A model generated the notes under the pieces. The model was not told the DNA's origin, made no database searches, and saw only the letters and a list, made by a program, of their open reading frames with translations. Positions 1 through 9,971 of a stretch of 64,000 nucleotides of DNA are shown here, one piece after another. Numbering within the stretch: position 1 is the stretch's first letter; each line of letters opens with the position of its first letter. Origin of the DNA: Candidatus Eremiobacteria bacterium (GTDB taxonomy: Bacteria; Vulcanimicrobiota; Vulcanimicrobiia; Vulcanimicrobiales; Vulcanimicrobiaceae); assembly GCA_963758295.1 (NCBI GenBank), contig CAVWUU010000001.1, positions 576,001 through 640,000 of the forward strand. The letters run 5' to 3'. The position numbers and the translations under genes are program-made.

Positions 1-385
1 CGCCGAAAGCGCGCTCGTGCTGTCGCCCAACGAAGATTGGGGTCCCATCAAGATCGGTGCCGGCACGCCGCCCGTGCGCATCGCCGAGGGATGGATGTCG
101 CTGTACCACGCGGTCGATCTGGTCGACAACACGGGCAGCAAACCGAAATTTCGCTACAGCGCCGGCATCGTGATTCACGATCTCGAACAGCCCCACCACG
201 TGATCTACCGCTCGCCGAAGCCCGTCCTTGCGCCGGAATCGGATTTGGAACGTACCGGGATCGTTGACAACGTCGTTTTCCCGACGGGTATCGATCCGCG
301 CCAAGACCTGGGCGATCGCGTTTTCGACATTTATTACGGAATGGCCGATTACACGGTCGGAGCGGCGCGCATGAAGCTCGGCTAG
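1..385 (+). CDS. GH130-family glycosidase/mannoside phosphorylase, C-terminal part (5' end outside window)
   Basis: Motifs KIGAGTPP, LYHAV, NVVFPTG, YYGMAD; frame is open back to the window start. Confidence 0.85.
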   Translation, partial: AESALVLSPNEDWGPIKIGAGTPPVRIAEGWMSLYHAVDLVDNTGSKPKFRYSAGIVIHDLEQPHHVIYRSPKPVLAPESDLERTGIVDNVVFPTGIDPRQDLGDRVFDIYYGMADYTVGAARMKLG

Positions 386-388
386 GCC

Positions 389-874
389 GTGCTTCGCTAC
401 TACGCTATCGCGACCGGAATCGTTTTGGCGTTCGTAATAATTGCGACCGCATGGGTGAATCGCGACTTGATTCGCATCAAGATCGCATCGGTAAACGTCC
501 GCGTTCCTCCAAAGGCCGCCGATCCGCTGGGATTGCACGGCCTTTCGCATAATGCGCTCACCGGCGACGCGCCTTGGGCCCTTTCGGCGCTTCCGGACTG
601 CTTGCGCCAACGTGCCGAATGGAGCGGACCGCTCGCTTACGCTCAAGCACATTTGCCATCGGGCTTAACCGCCGTTGCGGCCGGCAGCCGCCTTACGTAC
701 GGACCTTGCACGATTTCCGTCGTTGGCGGCGAAGCGTACGTAACGCGTGGTCCCGATCGCCTACGCATACCGCCGCACGTGCAGTTTTACCGCGCGCCCG
801 GCGTGCTTGCGGTCATTCGAACGACCCGTTCCGGTTCGGAACTGCGCGTTTACGACGACCCAACGAAATTTTGA
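389..874 (+). CDS. Hypothetical protein with N-terminal TM/signal anchor
   Basis: 161-aa ORF packed between the GH130 gene and prfC; hydrophobic N-terminus. Confidence 0.7.
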   Translation: MLRYYAIATGIVLAFVIIATAWVNRDLIRIKIASVNVRVPPKAADPLGLHGLSHNALTGDAPWALSALPDCLRQRAEWSGPLAYAQAHLPSGLTAVAAGSRLTYGPCTISVVGGEAYVTRGPDRLRIPPHVQFYRAPGVLAVIRTTRSGSELRVYDDPTKF

Positions 875-2471
875 ATGAGCATTATTAACGAAGTCCAAAA
901 GCGGCGAACCTTCGCGATTATCTCGCATCCGGACGCCGGTAAAACCACGCTGACCGAAAAGCTCTTGCTTTACGGCGGAGCTATTCATGTCGCGGGCCAG
1001 GTGTCCGCGCGTAAGCGCCAGCGCGCCGTTACGAGCGACTGGATGGAGCTCGAGCGCGAACGCGGCATCTCGATTACCTCGACGGTGTTGCAGTTTCCGT
1101 ACGAGGGCTTCACCGTTAATTTGCTCGATACGCCGGGCCACCAAGATTTTGGCGAAGATACGTATCGCACGCTTTTAGCCGCCGACGCGGCGGTAATGCT
1201 TATCGACGCTGCTAAGGGCGTTGAGCCGCAGACGAAAAAGCTCTTCGCGATTTGCCGGGAACGTAAGATTCCGCTTTTTACCTTCATGAACAAGTTAGAC
1301 CGGCCAAGCCGCGATCCGCTGGAGCTGCTGGACGAACTCGAAAGCATTCTCGGCATCGGCGCGTATCCCATGAATTGGCCGCTGGGAAGCGGCGATACGT
1401 TCAAGGGCATTTACGATCGCTCGACGCGTGAGCTGCACCTTTTCGAACGCAGCGCGCATGGTGCCACGAAAGCGTCGGTGCAAACCGCCGACGCGCGGGA
1501 TCCGAAGTTGCGCGAGCTCGTTGACGAGCAGACGTACTCGCAATTTATCGATGGGCTTGAGTTGCTGGAAGGCGCGGGCGCCGATTTCGATGCGCGAAGC
1601 GATGCTTCGCGGAGAAGTGACGCCGGTGTTCTTCGGTTCGGCAGTTACCAATTTCGGCGTGCAGCTCTTTCTAGACAACTTCATAAAGATGAGCCCGCCG
1701 CCGGCTTCGCGCGGCACCGTAAAGCCGGAAGAACCGCGCTTCACCGGGTTCGTTTTCAAGATTCAAGCCAACATGGATCCGCGCCACCGCGATCGCATTG
1801 CGTTCATTCGAATTTGCTCCGGCAAGTTCGAACGCGATATGACGGTCCGGAACGAGCGCACCGGAAAAGACGTCCGGTTGTCGCGCGCTATGAAGCTCTT
1901 CGCGGACGAGCGTGAATCGTTGGACGACGCGTACGCGGGCGACGTGCTTGGTCTCGCCAATCCCGGCGTCTTTGCCATCGGCGACACGCTTTACCAAGGG
2001 CCTCCGGTCGTGTTCGACCCCATTCCTTCGTTTGCGCCGGAACATTTTGCTTCGATCCGGAGTATCGACACGTCGAGCTACAAATCGTTCGGCAAAGGGA
2101 TAGCGCAGTTGCGCGAGGAGGGTGCGGTTCAGGTCTTCTATCCGTGGGGATCCACGCGGACCGAACCGGTTCTTGCGGTAGTTGGTGAACTGCAATTCGA
2201 AGTCGCCAAGTACCGCTTGGAATCCGAATACGGCGTGAAAACCGTTTTTAGCACCATGCCGTACTCGCTCGCCCGTCGCGTAGAAGGCGATCCTGAACGC
2301 GCCGGCCGCGCACAAATGCCGTCGAATGCGAAGCTCGTGGAGGATTGGGAAGGCCGTCCGGTAGCATTGTTCGAGAGCGAATGGAGCGTTCGTCTCGCCG
2401 AAGAGTGGAATTCCGGGTTGACCTTCGTGCCCTTCACTGCAGAAGTTTCGAAGGAGAGCGTTCCATCGTGA
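875..2471 (+). CDS. prfC: Peptide chain release factor 3, split by a +1 frameshift at ~1592
   Basis: [28 protein letters not shown] in the first frame; [33 protein letters not shown] in the second; removing one G near 1592 joins them (DFD-REAMLRG). Confidence 0.95.
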
Positions 2472-2836
2472 AGTTTCGCAAAGTTTTGGCGATGGCCGCC
2501 GTTGCCGTTTTGGTAGCGGGCTGCTCGTTTCAGAACAAGTACGAAAAAGAAGCCGACAAGATTACGCGCGCCGTAATGAACAACGACCTCGGCCCCGTCA
2601 AAAACGACATCGCGCCCGGCGAAACGATCTCGCGCGTGAAGATTGCCGCGTGGGCGGACGAGCTCGACGCGCAGGGCAAGCTCATTTCGATCAAAGAGAC
2701 GCCGCAATGCGATAAGGGGCCGGGCTACCACTGCTTCAACGTGAAATTCGAAAAGCACAATTACGTCGAGTGGATGGCCATGGACGACCAAGGCAAAGTG
2801 ACCCGCTGGAACTTCCACATGGCAAATGCAAGCTAG
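2468..2836 (+). CDS. Hypothetical lipoprotein
   Basis: GTG at 2468 overlaps the prfC stop; signal [19 protein letters not shown] with lipobox. Confidence 0.75.
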   Translation: MKFRKVLAMAAVAVLVAGCSFQNKYEKEADKITRAVMNNDLGPVKNDIAPGETISRVKIAAWADELDAQGKLISIKETPQCDKGPGYHCFNVKFEKHNYVEWMAMDDQGKVTRWNFHMANAS

Positions 2837-3797
2837 AAGCGTTTCCGTCACGCTTACCGACCTCGAGGCGGCCGCAGAGCGCCTCCGCGGCGTCGCGCAT
2901 CGCACACCGGTCCTAACATCGCGAACGCTAGACGGCCTCACCGGCGCGAAGTGCTTCGTAAAGTGCGAAAACTTGCAGCGCATGGGGGCCTTCAAGTTTC
3001 GCGGCGCCTATAATCGCTTGGTTCAGCTTAACGAGGAAGAACGGCGCCGTGGCGTCGTGGCATATTCAAGCGGAAATCACGCGCAGGGCGTTGCGCTCGC
3101 GGCACAGTTGCTTGGTATCCCGGCAACCATCGTCATGCCGAGCGACGCGCCGGCGGCAAAGCTTGCCGCGACGCGCGGTTACGGCGCCGAAATCGTCTTG
3201 TACGAGCGTTCGGAAGAAAATCGCGCGGTGATCGCTCAGGAATTGTGCTCGCAGCGAGGCGCGACGCTTGTGCCTCCGTATGACGACGAGCGCATCGTGG
3301 CCGGCGCCGGAACGGCTGCGCTCGAACTATTGCAAGACGCACCCGATCTCCAGATCGTCGTTGCGCCCGTCGGAGGCGGAGGCCTTTTCTCGGGCACGTG
3401 CATCGCAGCCCATGCAAAAGACCCGTCGATCGAATGCTGGGGCGTCGAGCCGGAAGCGGGCGACGACGTGAAGCAGTCGCTGGAACAAGACCAACGGGTG
3501 GTCATCGACGTCCCGCAAACCATCGCTGACGGGCTGCAAACGCAATCGCCCGGCGAAATCACGTTCGCGATCATGCGCGAGCACGCACGCGGAGTGGTCA
3601 CCGTCTCCGACAGAGAGCTGGCTGAAGCCATGCGCTTTACGTTCGAACGCCTGAAGCTTGTAATCGAGCCGAGCGGCGGTGCGGCATTGGCCGCGATAAT
3701 GAACGGCAAGATCGACGTCGCCGGGAAACGTGTCGGCATCGTGCTAAGCGGCGGCAACGTGGATGCCGCACGCTATGCTGCTCTCTTAACAAGTTAA
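2826..3797 (+). CDS. PLP-dependent threonine/serine dehydratase family (serine racemase / hydroxyaspartate ammonia-lyase-like)
   Basis: KCENLQRMGAFKFRGA, SSGNHAQG, PVGGGGL, EPSGG, LSGGN. Confidence 0.9.
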   Translation: MQARSVSVTLTDLEAAAERLRGVAHRTPVLTSRTLDGLTGAKCFVKCENLQRMGAFKFRGAYNRLVQLNEEERRRGVVAYSSGNHAQGVALAAQLLGIPATIVMPSDAPAAKLAATRGYGAEIVLYERSEENRAVIAQELCSQRGATLVPPYDDERIVAGAGTAALELLQDAPDLQIVVAPVGGGGLFSGTCIAAHAKDPSIECWGVEPEAGDDVKQSLEQDQRVVIDVPQTIADGLQTQSPGEITFAIMREHARGVVTVSDRELAEAMRFTFERLKLVIEPSGGAALAAIMNGKIDVAGKRVGIVLSGGNVDAARYAALLTS

Positions 3798-3820
3798 AAA
3801 AACACCCCGGAAAAATGGAG

Positions 3821-3849
3821 AGGCGACTGTCCAATGCCTACAGTCGCCT
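3821..3849. terminator. Hairpin between convergent genes, probable intrinsic terminator
   Basis: Perfect 10-bp stem AGGCGACTGT/ACAGTCGCCT, 9-nt loop; T-runs follow on the minus strand. Confidence 0.6.
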
Positions 3850-3937
3850 ATCCTCGTCCCGCTGTGTTAACCGAATCTTATATGCCCACTGTTATGAATT
3901 AATCACGTTGTGGGCGCTGACTATCACGCAGGGCGGC

Positions 3938-4510
3938 CTAGCGACCCATTTGATAGAACTCGGCGTTGGGTCGCATATCCATCATTCCGGCCATGCGATT
4001 CGAGAAGCCGAAGAACGCAGCGATCGCGCCGATGTCCCAAATGTCGTTATCACTAAAACCGCGATCGTGAAGCGACGCAATCTCTTCATCGCTCGCCGCA
4101 AAGCCCGGCTCGTTTACCCGCGATGCAAAACACAAAATGGCGCGCAATCGCGGTGTTAAGTCCGCAGTGCGCCAGTTGTTTGCGATCTGTTCCGCTAGCG
4201 GAACGTCTTTGCCGAGGATTCGCAATGCCGCGCCGTGCGCGGTCATGCAATATTGGCACCGATTCTCGGCGGACACCGCAACGACGATTGCCTCGCGTTC
4301 GGCCCGGCTAAGGCCGCTTTCGCCCTTCATCAGGACATCGTGATAGCCCATGAACGCACGGAAGTGTTCCGGACGTTGCGCGTACGCCCGGAACACGTTC
4401 GGCACGAAGCCGAGTTTCGTTTTGCTGACCGCGTACACTTCTCCAATGTCGGATGGAAGTGCCGCTTCATCCGGTTCGCCGAATCGCGAAGCGGGCGACT
4501 TGCGGCTCAC
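3938..4510 (-). CDS. AhpD/CMD-family peroxidase-related enzyme
   Basis: GFVPNVF, EREAIVVAVSAENRCQYCMTAH, FGFSNR; GTG at 4510 overlaps the upstream TGA. Confidence 0.9.
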   Translation of the reverse strand: MSRKSPASRFGEPDEAALPSDIGEVYAVSKTKLGFVPNVFRAYAQRPEHFRAFMGYHDVLMKGESGLSRAEREAIVVAVSAENRCQYCMTAHGAALRILGKDVPLAEQIANNWRTADLTPRLRAILCFASRVNEPGFAASDEEIASLHDRGFSDNDIWDIGAIAAFFGFSNRMAGMMDMRPNAEFYQMGR

Positions 4511-7461
4511 AAATCGCACCCCGACGTGCCGCTGCCGAGCGCCGTCAACGCCTCCTTGCGCAGCGTACAATAAGCGTTGCGCGTTCCTTGGGTGACCGGT
4601 GCGTCGGCGCCATCGACCAAATCGATGAGGACCGACAGTTGCGCATTTAGCCGTCCAAGCGTTTGAGCCGAGCGCGCATCGTTCTTCGTCTTCGCTTGTT
4701 GCAACGCGTTATACGTGCGGTCCAGCAGAGACGCGGTCGAGTGAGCCATTCGGTATTGTTGTTGCAGGGCCGCGCGCGACACTGTCACGCGCGGATCCAT
4801 CGCAAGCTGCAGCGGTCGCGTTTGCGAACGTCCGTCAACGGTAAGGGTCACGCTGTACCGTCCTGGTACGAGCAGCGCACCTTGGGGAACGCGCGGCGTA
4901 TCGTGAACGACTGCAGAGATCGGCAGATCGGCCATTACGGATTGCGGTGCCGCTTCGCGCAGATCCCAAACGAAGCGGTGCATACCCGCATCGATGGACG
5001 GACGGCGGAATGGACGTTCCCAATACGACGGCTTGTCCAACGTGAGTGCCGGCGGCTGAGCATCGTTGCTCGAATAGCGGCGCACGGCTGCACCGCGGGC
5101 GTCGCGCACTACGATGGTAACGTTAGACGCGGCCGCCGGAATCGAATAATCGAGGATCGCCCCGTCCGGCGGATTTTCGCCGTGTGGCACTTCAGGCGGG
5201 AGCGGCGTGTCGGTATTCGTGTCGCGGCGCAGACGATACGCAACCGACGGCGCGAATAGATGCGCGGCGTTCGGGGCGCCCGAAGCGGCTAGCTCACGCA
5301 ACGGTTCGATATCGTCGAGGATATAGAATCCGCGCCCGTGCGTTCCGATGAGAAGATCGTCATTTTTTACGACGACGTCTCGCACCGAAGTATGCGGAAG
5401 GTCGAGTTGAAGCGATTGCCAGCGCGCGCCGTCGTCGAATGAAACGTAAACGCCGTTTTCCGTTGCCGCATAAAGAAGCCCGCGCACGGCCGGATCGGCA
5501 CGCACCGCGTTCACCGGTTCGTCCGGGAGACCGGACACGATTTCGCTCCATTGCGCGCCGCCGTCGTGCGTGCGGTACACGTGCGGACGAAGATCGTCTA
5601 AGCGGAAGCGGTTCACCGCGACATACGCGGTGTCGTCATCGAAGTGCGAAGCGTCGATTTGCGAGATCTTACTCCACGGCGTCAAAGCCGTGGGAGTAAT
5701 ATTGCGCCAGTGCGCTCCGCGATCGCGCGTGATCCACACGAGACCGTCGTCGGTGCCGGCCCAGATCGTGCCGTCGTGGCGGAAAGACGGCGCAAGGGCG
5801 TACACGACGCCGCGATGCGCGCCTTTCTCCGGATCGTTGGATTCGAATGCTGAAATAACCGAAGGCACGGGCCACTTCGCGCGCGTGAGATCCGGGCTGA
5901 TCGTGCGCCAGTGCGCGCCGCCGTCTTGCGTGGCATAGACTTGATTCGCGCCGAAAAACAGCGTCTTCTTATCGATCGGATCGAAGATCAACGGCTCCGT
6001 TCGTACGACGCGGTATCCTTTGGCGCGCAAGGGATTCGGTGATACTTCTTGGGTTTGTCCGGTCCGCTCGTCGAATCGTTCGACTTTACCGCCGTAGAAA
6101 ACGCCGGGATGAAGCGGATCCGGAGCGATGTATCCATACTCTTCGGCGCCGACCGGATGCCAATCACGTTCGGTGATCTCGCCCCAGTCGCCGCGACTCT
6201 TCACGCAGGCCGAACCGCTTTCTTGTTGCCCGCTGCAAACCCAGTACGGAAATCTGTCGTCCGCGATGACATGGTACATCTGTGCGGTGGGCTGGTTGTA
6301 CCACGAGCTCCACGTGCTGCCGTGATCGAGCGAAATGGTTGCGCCCTGGTCGCTCACCAATGCCACGATGTCGGTGTTCTTGGGATTGATCCAGACGTTT
6401 TGGTAGTCGTCACCGCCCGGCGCGCCTTTTATTGCGGTAAAGGTTTTGCCGCCGTTCGTCGAGCGGTACGTCGACGTGTTCGTCACGTAGAGCGTTTGCG
6501 CGTCTTGCGGGTCGGCCGCAATGGCAACGAGATCGTCGCCGCGCTCGCATACGCGGTCTTCACTGTTTACGAGCGAGAAATGGGCGCCGGCATCGTCGCT
6601 GCGATAAATCCCGCAGCCCGTCGGCGCGTCTATGGCCGCATAGACCACGTCGGCGTTGGAAGGCGCAATCGACACTACAGCACGACCGGCACGCGGCGGC
6701 AAACCATTCTTCAACTGCTGCCACGTCGTGCCGCCATCGGTCGATTTGTAGATGCCGCTCCCGGCGACTTCGAACGATCCGCCGACTTCCCACGGCGCTT
6801 GACGCGCTGCCCACAGCGTCGCATAAATCGTCTGCGGGTCGCGCGGGTCGATCTTTACGTCGTAAGCGCCGGTGTTTTCGTTGCGGTAAAGCACTCGCGA
6901 AAAGGTCGTGCCGCCGTCGGTAGAGCGGAAGACGCCGCGTTCGGTATTCGGGCCGTACGGATGTCCGAGCACCGCAACGAAGAGCCGGTTGGGATCTCTC
7001 GCGTCGACGGATATCGCCGGAATTTGCTGTCCGTCGCGCAAGCCCAGATGCGTCCACGTCGTGCCGCCGTCGGTCGATTTGTACATACCGTTGCCGACCG
7101 AGAGATCGGGACGTTGCAGGCCCTCTCCGCTGCCGGCATAGATGACGTTATCGTCGCTCGGCGCAACCGCGAGCGAACCGATCGATCCCGTCGACTGGCC
7201 GTCGAAAATCGGCGACCAGGTATGGCCCGCATTGTCGGTGCGCCAGATACCGCCGTTGACGGCCGCAATGTAAAAGCGATTCGGCCGGTCGACCACGCCT
7301 GCGACGGCTTTGGTCCGGCCGCCGCGCAGCGGTCCTATCGAACGCCAATGCATACCCGCGTATTGCGAGGGCGTGACGTTCTCCGTAGACGCGCCGGCCG
7401 GCGCGAGCGATGTGACGAGCGCGCATAGCGCAGCTAGCGCAATCGAGCGATGCTTCCGCAC
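4507..7461 (-). CDS. Secreted VPS10/sortilin-like BNR-repeat beta-propeller protein (putative glycosyl hydrolase), paralog 1
   Basis: Signal peptide, WRSIGPLRGGR, many SxDGGxTW Asp-boxes, THGRG motif. Confidence 0.85.
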   Translation of the reverse strand: MRKHRSIALAALCALVTSLAPAGASTENVTPSQYAGMHWRSIGPLRGGRTKAVAGVVDRPNRFYIAAVNGGIWRTDNAGHTWSPIFDGQSTGSIGSLAVAPSDDNVIYAGSGEGLQRPDLSVGNGMYKSTDGGTTWTHLGLRDGQQIPAISVDARDPNRLFVAVLGHPYGPNTERGVFRSTDGGTTFSRVLYRNENTGAYDVKIDPRDPQTIYATLWAARQAPWEVGGSFEVAGSGIYKSTDGGTTWQQLKNGLPPRAGRAVVSIAPSNADVVYAAIDAPTGCGIYRSDDAGAHFSLVNSEDRVCERGDDLVAIAADPQDAQTLYVTNTSTYRSTNGGKTFTAIKGAPGGDDYQNVWINPKNTDIVALVSDQGATISLDHGSTWSSWYNQPTAQMYHVIADDRFPYWVCSGQQESGSACVKSRGDWGEITERDWHPVGAEEYGYIAPDPLHPGVFYGGKVERFDERTGQTQEVSPNPLRAKGYRVVRTEPLIFDPIDKKTLFFGANQVYATQDGGAHWRTISPDLTRAKWPVPSVISAFESNDPEKGAHRGVVYALAPSFRHDGTIWAGTDDGLVWITRDRGAHWRNITPTALTPWSKISQIDASHFDDDTAYVAVNRFRLDDLRPHVYRTHDGGAQWSEIVSGLPDEPVNAVRADPAVRGLLYAATENGVYVSFDDGARWQSLQLDLPHTSVRDVVVKNDDLLIGTHGRGFYILDDIEPLRELAASGAPNAAHLFAPSVAYRLRRDTNTDTPLPPEVPHGENPPDGAILDYSIPAAASNVTIVVRDARGAAVRRYSSNDAQPPALTLDKPSYWERPFRRPSIDAGMHRFVWDLREAAPQSVMADLPISAVVHDTPRVPQGALLVPGRYSVTLTVDGRSQTRPLQLAMDPRVTVSRAALQQQYRMAHSTASLLDRTYNALQQAKTKNDARSAQTLGRLNAQLSVLIDLVDGADAPVTQGTRNAYCTLRKEALTALGSGTSGCDL

Positions 7462-7488
7462 AAACTACCTCCGTTTCGGCGGTAGTTT
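7462..7488 (-). promoter_or_regulatory. Stem-loop covering the Shine-Dalgarno of the VPS10 gene
   Basis: Minus strand AAACTACC-G-CCG-AAA-CGG-A-GGTAGTTT directly followed by the GTG start; GGAGG lies in the 3' arm. Confidence 0.5.
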
Positions 7489-7511
7489 TAAGGACCGCTT
7501 GGCATAGTCCC

Positions 7512-8183
7512 CTAGCGGATGCGGCGAGTTCTCCGCTTCGGCTGGAAAGCCGGACCCACTTTGAAGTTGCCGTTGCGCGGAAGGCTCTCGTCGACGTCTT
7601 CGCAGCCCACGGGCGTGAAGTCGCGGCAGTCTTCCGGACGGGCTTCGTAGATGCCGCAGTAGTACCGGCCGCTCTTGTTGCCCATGAGGAACACGCAGTT
7701 GTCGGTGATGTCGTCGGTCACTTTTCGAATCCAGCCAAGGTGGTGGCCGTCGGCCGAGGGGCGTTTGACGATATATTCGTCCATCACGTCCTGGAACGAC
7801 ATCCCGAAATGGTCGGCGATGCGCTGGACGTCTGCGCGGCTCACGAAGGGCTCGTAGCCGCTGCAGCATTCCGCGCATCCCGGCGGACACGCGAGATTTT
7901 CGGGCAGGTCGTTCATGTGTTTGCGCGCCAGATCGATGACCTTGCCGATCGCTTTCACAAAATCCGGATCGTCGTTGTATTTATACACCCACTCGCGCTT
8001 GATGATTTCGTTCGTATTGTAGAAGCGGGTGGTTTTCTCGTTGAACGTGACCGTGATGTGTTCTTCGGTGATCTCGATCTCTTTCACGTGCTCCATCAGC
8101 CTTGCGTCGAGCATCTCGGGGTGCGTCGGCTGGCCCGTTTCTTTCGAAAAATTTCGGAGCTTGATGAGGTCGATCGTTTCCAT
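7512..8183 (-). CDS. YkgJ-family cysteine-cluster (putative Fe-S/Zn) protein
   Basis: CPPGCAECC, CVFL, CGIYEARPEDCRDF. Confidence 0.85.
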   Translation of the reverse strand: METIDLIKLRNFSKETGQPTHPEMLDARLMEHVKEIEITEEHITVTFNEKTTRFYNTNEIIKREWVYKYNDDPDFVKAIGKVIDLARKHMNDLPENLACPPGCAECCSGYEPFVSRADVQRIADHFGMSFQDVMDEYIVKRPSADGHHLGWIRKVTDDITDNCVFLMGNKSGRYYCGIYEARPEDCRDFTPVGCEDVDESLPRNGNFKVGPAFQPKRRTRRIR

Positions 8184-8245
8184 AGCGGCACCACCTTCGC
8201 TCTAGCGTGCGGGGGCCGCCTGTGGCGATGTAAAAAGAAATCGTC

Positions 8246-9205
8246 ATGCGAACGGCAATCGGCGTCGACCTCGGCGGGTCGCACGTCACCGCGGCGGTTA
8301 TTACCGACGACGGATCGACTCATGCAAAATTCGAGAAAGACCTCGAAGATCTCACGTTCAAGGCCGTGATCGACGAGATCACGTCTGTAGTCGAGCAGGC
8401 GCTGGGTGCCGCGGGCAAGGACGTCATCGGTATCGGCATCGGCTCTCCGGGAAACATCGAGCCGCGTTCCGGCGCAATTCTGTATAGTCCGAACTTCGGC
8501 TGGACCGATGCGCCGCTAGGCGAAACGCTGCGAGGCCACTTCGACATGCCGGTCTTCGTTGGCAACGATGCCCGTTGCGCGACGCTCGGTGAGTATACGT
8601 ACGGAACGGGCCGTGGCACGAAGAATTTCGTGCTGCTTACGCTTGGGACCGGAATTGGCGGCGGCATCGTGGGTGACGGCGTTCTCCTGCTGGGCAATAA
8701 ATTCGGCGCCGGTGAGATCGGTCATCACCAAATTAGGCCGGCCGGCGGTTTCATTTGCGGCTGTGGAAAAATCGGCTGTTTTGAGGCGCAGGCGTCGGGT
8801 ACAGGGCTTATCCGCCACGCTTTTGCGGTGGCGCCGTCGTTTCCGCGCAGCCGGCTGCTGGATCTGGATCGCGACAAGCTGGGATCGAAAAAGATTCGCA
8901 AAGCCGCGCAGGCCGGCGATAAACACGCGATCGCCGCGTGGAAAAATTTCACGGCCGATCTCTCGATCGGCCTTGCGAATATTATCGCCTTCGTCAATCC
9001 CGAAGTTATCGCGCTTGGAGGCGGCGTCTCAACTGCGGCGGACTTTATGCTCGACGCAGTGCGCGGGCGGGTGGACGACCTCACGACGATGGTCCCGAAG
9101 GGCACCACGAAAATCGTCGTCGCTCAATTAGGGAACGACGCCGGTTACGTCGGTGCGGCTACCATGGCTTTCCGCGGTGGTTTGACGACCGACGGCGATA
9201 AGTGA
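8246..9205 (+). CDS. ROK-family sugar kinase (glucokinase-like)
   Basis: GVDLGGS, NDARCATLGE, TLGTGIGGG, GEIGH, CGCGKIGCFE. Confidence 0.92.
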   Translation: MRTAIGVDLGGSHVTAAVITDDGSTHAKFEKDLEDLTFKAVIDEITSVVEQALGAAGKDVIGIGIGSPGNIEPRSGAILYSPNFGWTDAPLGETLRGHFDMPVFVGNDARCATLGEYTYGTGRGTKNFVLLTLGTGIGGGIVGDGVLLLGNKFGAGEIGHHQIRPAGGFICGCGKIGCFEAQASGTGLIRHAFAVAPSFPRSRLLDLDRDKLGSKKIRKAAQAGDKHAIAAWKNFTADLSIGLANIIAFVNPEVIALGGGVSTAADFMLDAVRGRVDDLTTMVPKGTTKIVVAQLGNDAGYVGAATMAFRGGLTTDGDK

Positions 9206-9963
9206 AAAGTCTCGCAGTCGTAACAGGTGCTTCCGGCGGCCTTGGTTATGAGTTTGCGAAACTGCTGGCGGCAGATGGATACGACCTGGTCTTAGTCGCT
9301 CGTTCCGAAGACAAACTCGAATCGAATGCGCGCCAATTGCGGACGCAGTATGGCGTCGATGTGCGAACGATTGCGATGGACTTGGGCGTACCGGATGCGG
9401 CGTCGAAACTCTTCGCCGAGATTCCGCTGTGCGACGCATTAATCAACAACGCCGGATTTGCGAGCAATGGCCGGTTCAACGAACTGCCGGAGGCGCGCAT
9501 CCGGGAAGAGCTGCTGCTCGACGTCGTCACGCTGACGGAACTAACGCGCAAGTATCTCCCAGGGATGCTCGCGCGAAATCAGGGTCGCATCCTGACGGTC
9601 GCGTCGACCGCGGCATTTCTACCGGGCCCGTTCATGGCGGTGTATTACGCCGCGAAAGCCTACGTGCTTTCGTTCTCGGAGGCGCTCGCGGAAGAACTTC
9701 GTGGAAGCGGCGTCAGCGTAACGTGTCTCTGTCCGGGCGCGACGGCGACGGGTTTTCAAAATCGCGCGAACGTGCACGGCACGTTGCTGATGCGTTTACC
9801 TCTCGGTGATGCAACGAGCGTCGCGCGTGCGGGCTATCGGGGCCTGCTTCGCGGCAAAGCCGTCGTAGTGCCGGGAATCATCAATAAAATCGTCGCGCTT
9901 TCACCGAAGGTGACGCCGCGACGATTGCTGCTTTGGATGTCTAGAAAAGCGGTCGAACGGTAG
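9202..9963 (+). CDS. Short-chain dehydrogenase/reductase (DltE-like)
   Basis: TGASGGLG, NNAG, YYAAK catalytic motif, CPGAT. Confidence 0.92.
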   Translation: MKSLAVVTGASGGLGYEFAKLLAADGYDLVLVARSEDKLESNARQLRTQYGVDVRTIAMDLGVPDAASKLFAEIPLCDALINNAGFASNGRFNELPEARIREELLLDVVTLTELTRKYLPGMLARNQGRILTVASTAAFLPGPFMAVYYAAKAYVLSFSEALAEELRGSGVSVTCLCPGATATGFQNRANVHGTLLMRLPLGDATSVARAGYRGLLRGKAVVVPGIINKIVALSPKVTPRRLLLWMSRKAVER

Positions 9964-9971
9964 CGAACGCG

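Noticed and set aside
1593..1915. C-terminal tail of the 346-aa prfC ORF as a separate product
   Set aside because: Out-of-frame read-through after the frameshift; the RF3 sequence continues in the other frame
6049..7428. 459-aa plus-strand ORF
   Set aside because: Antisense shadow of the VPS10 gene with no motifs; long shadow ORFs are expected at high GC
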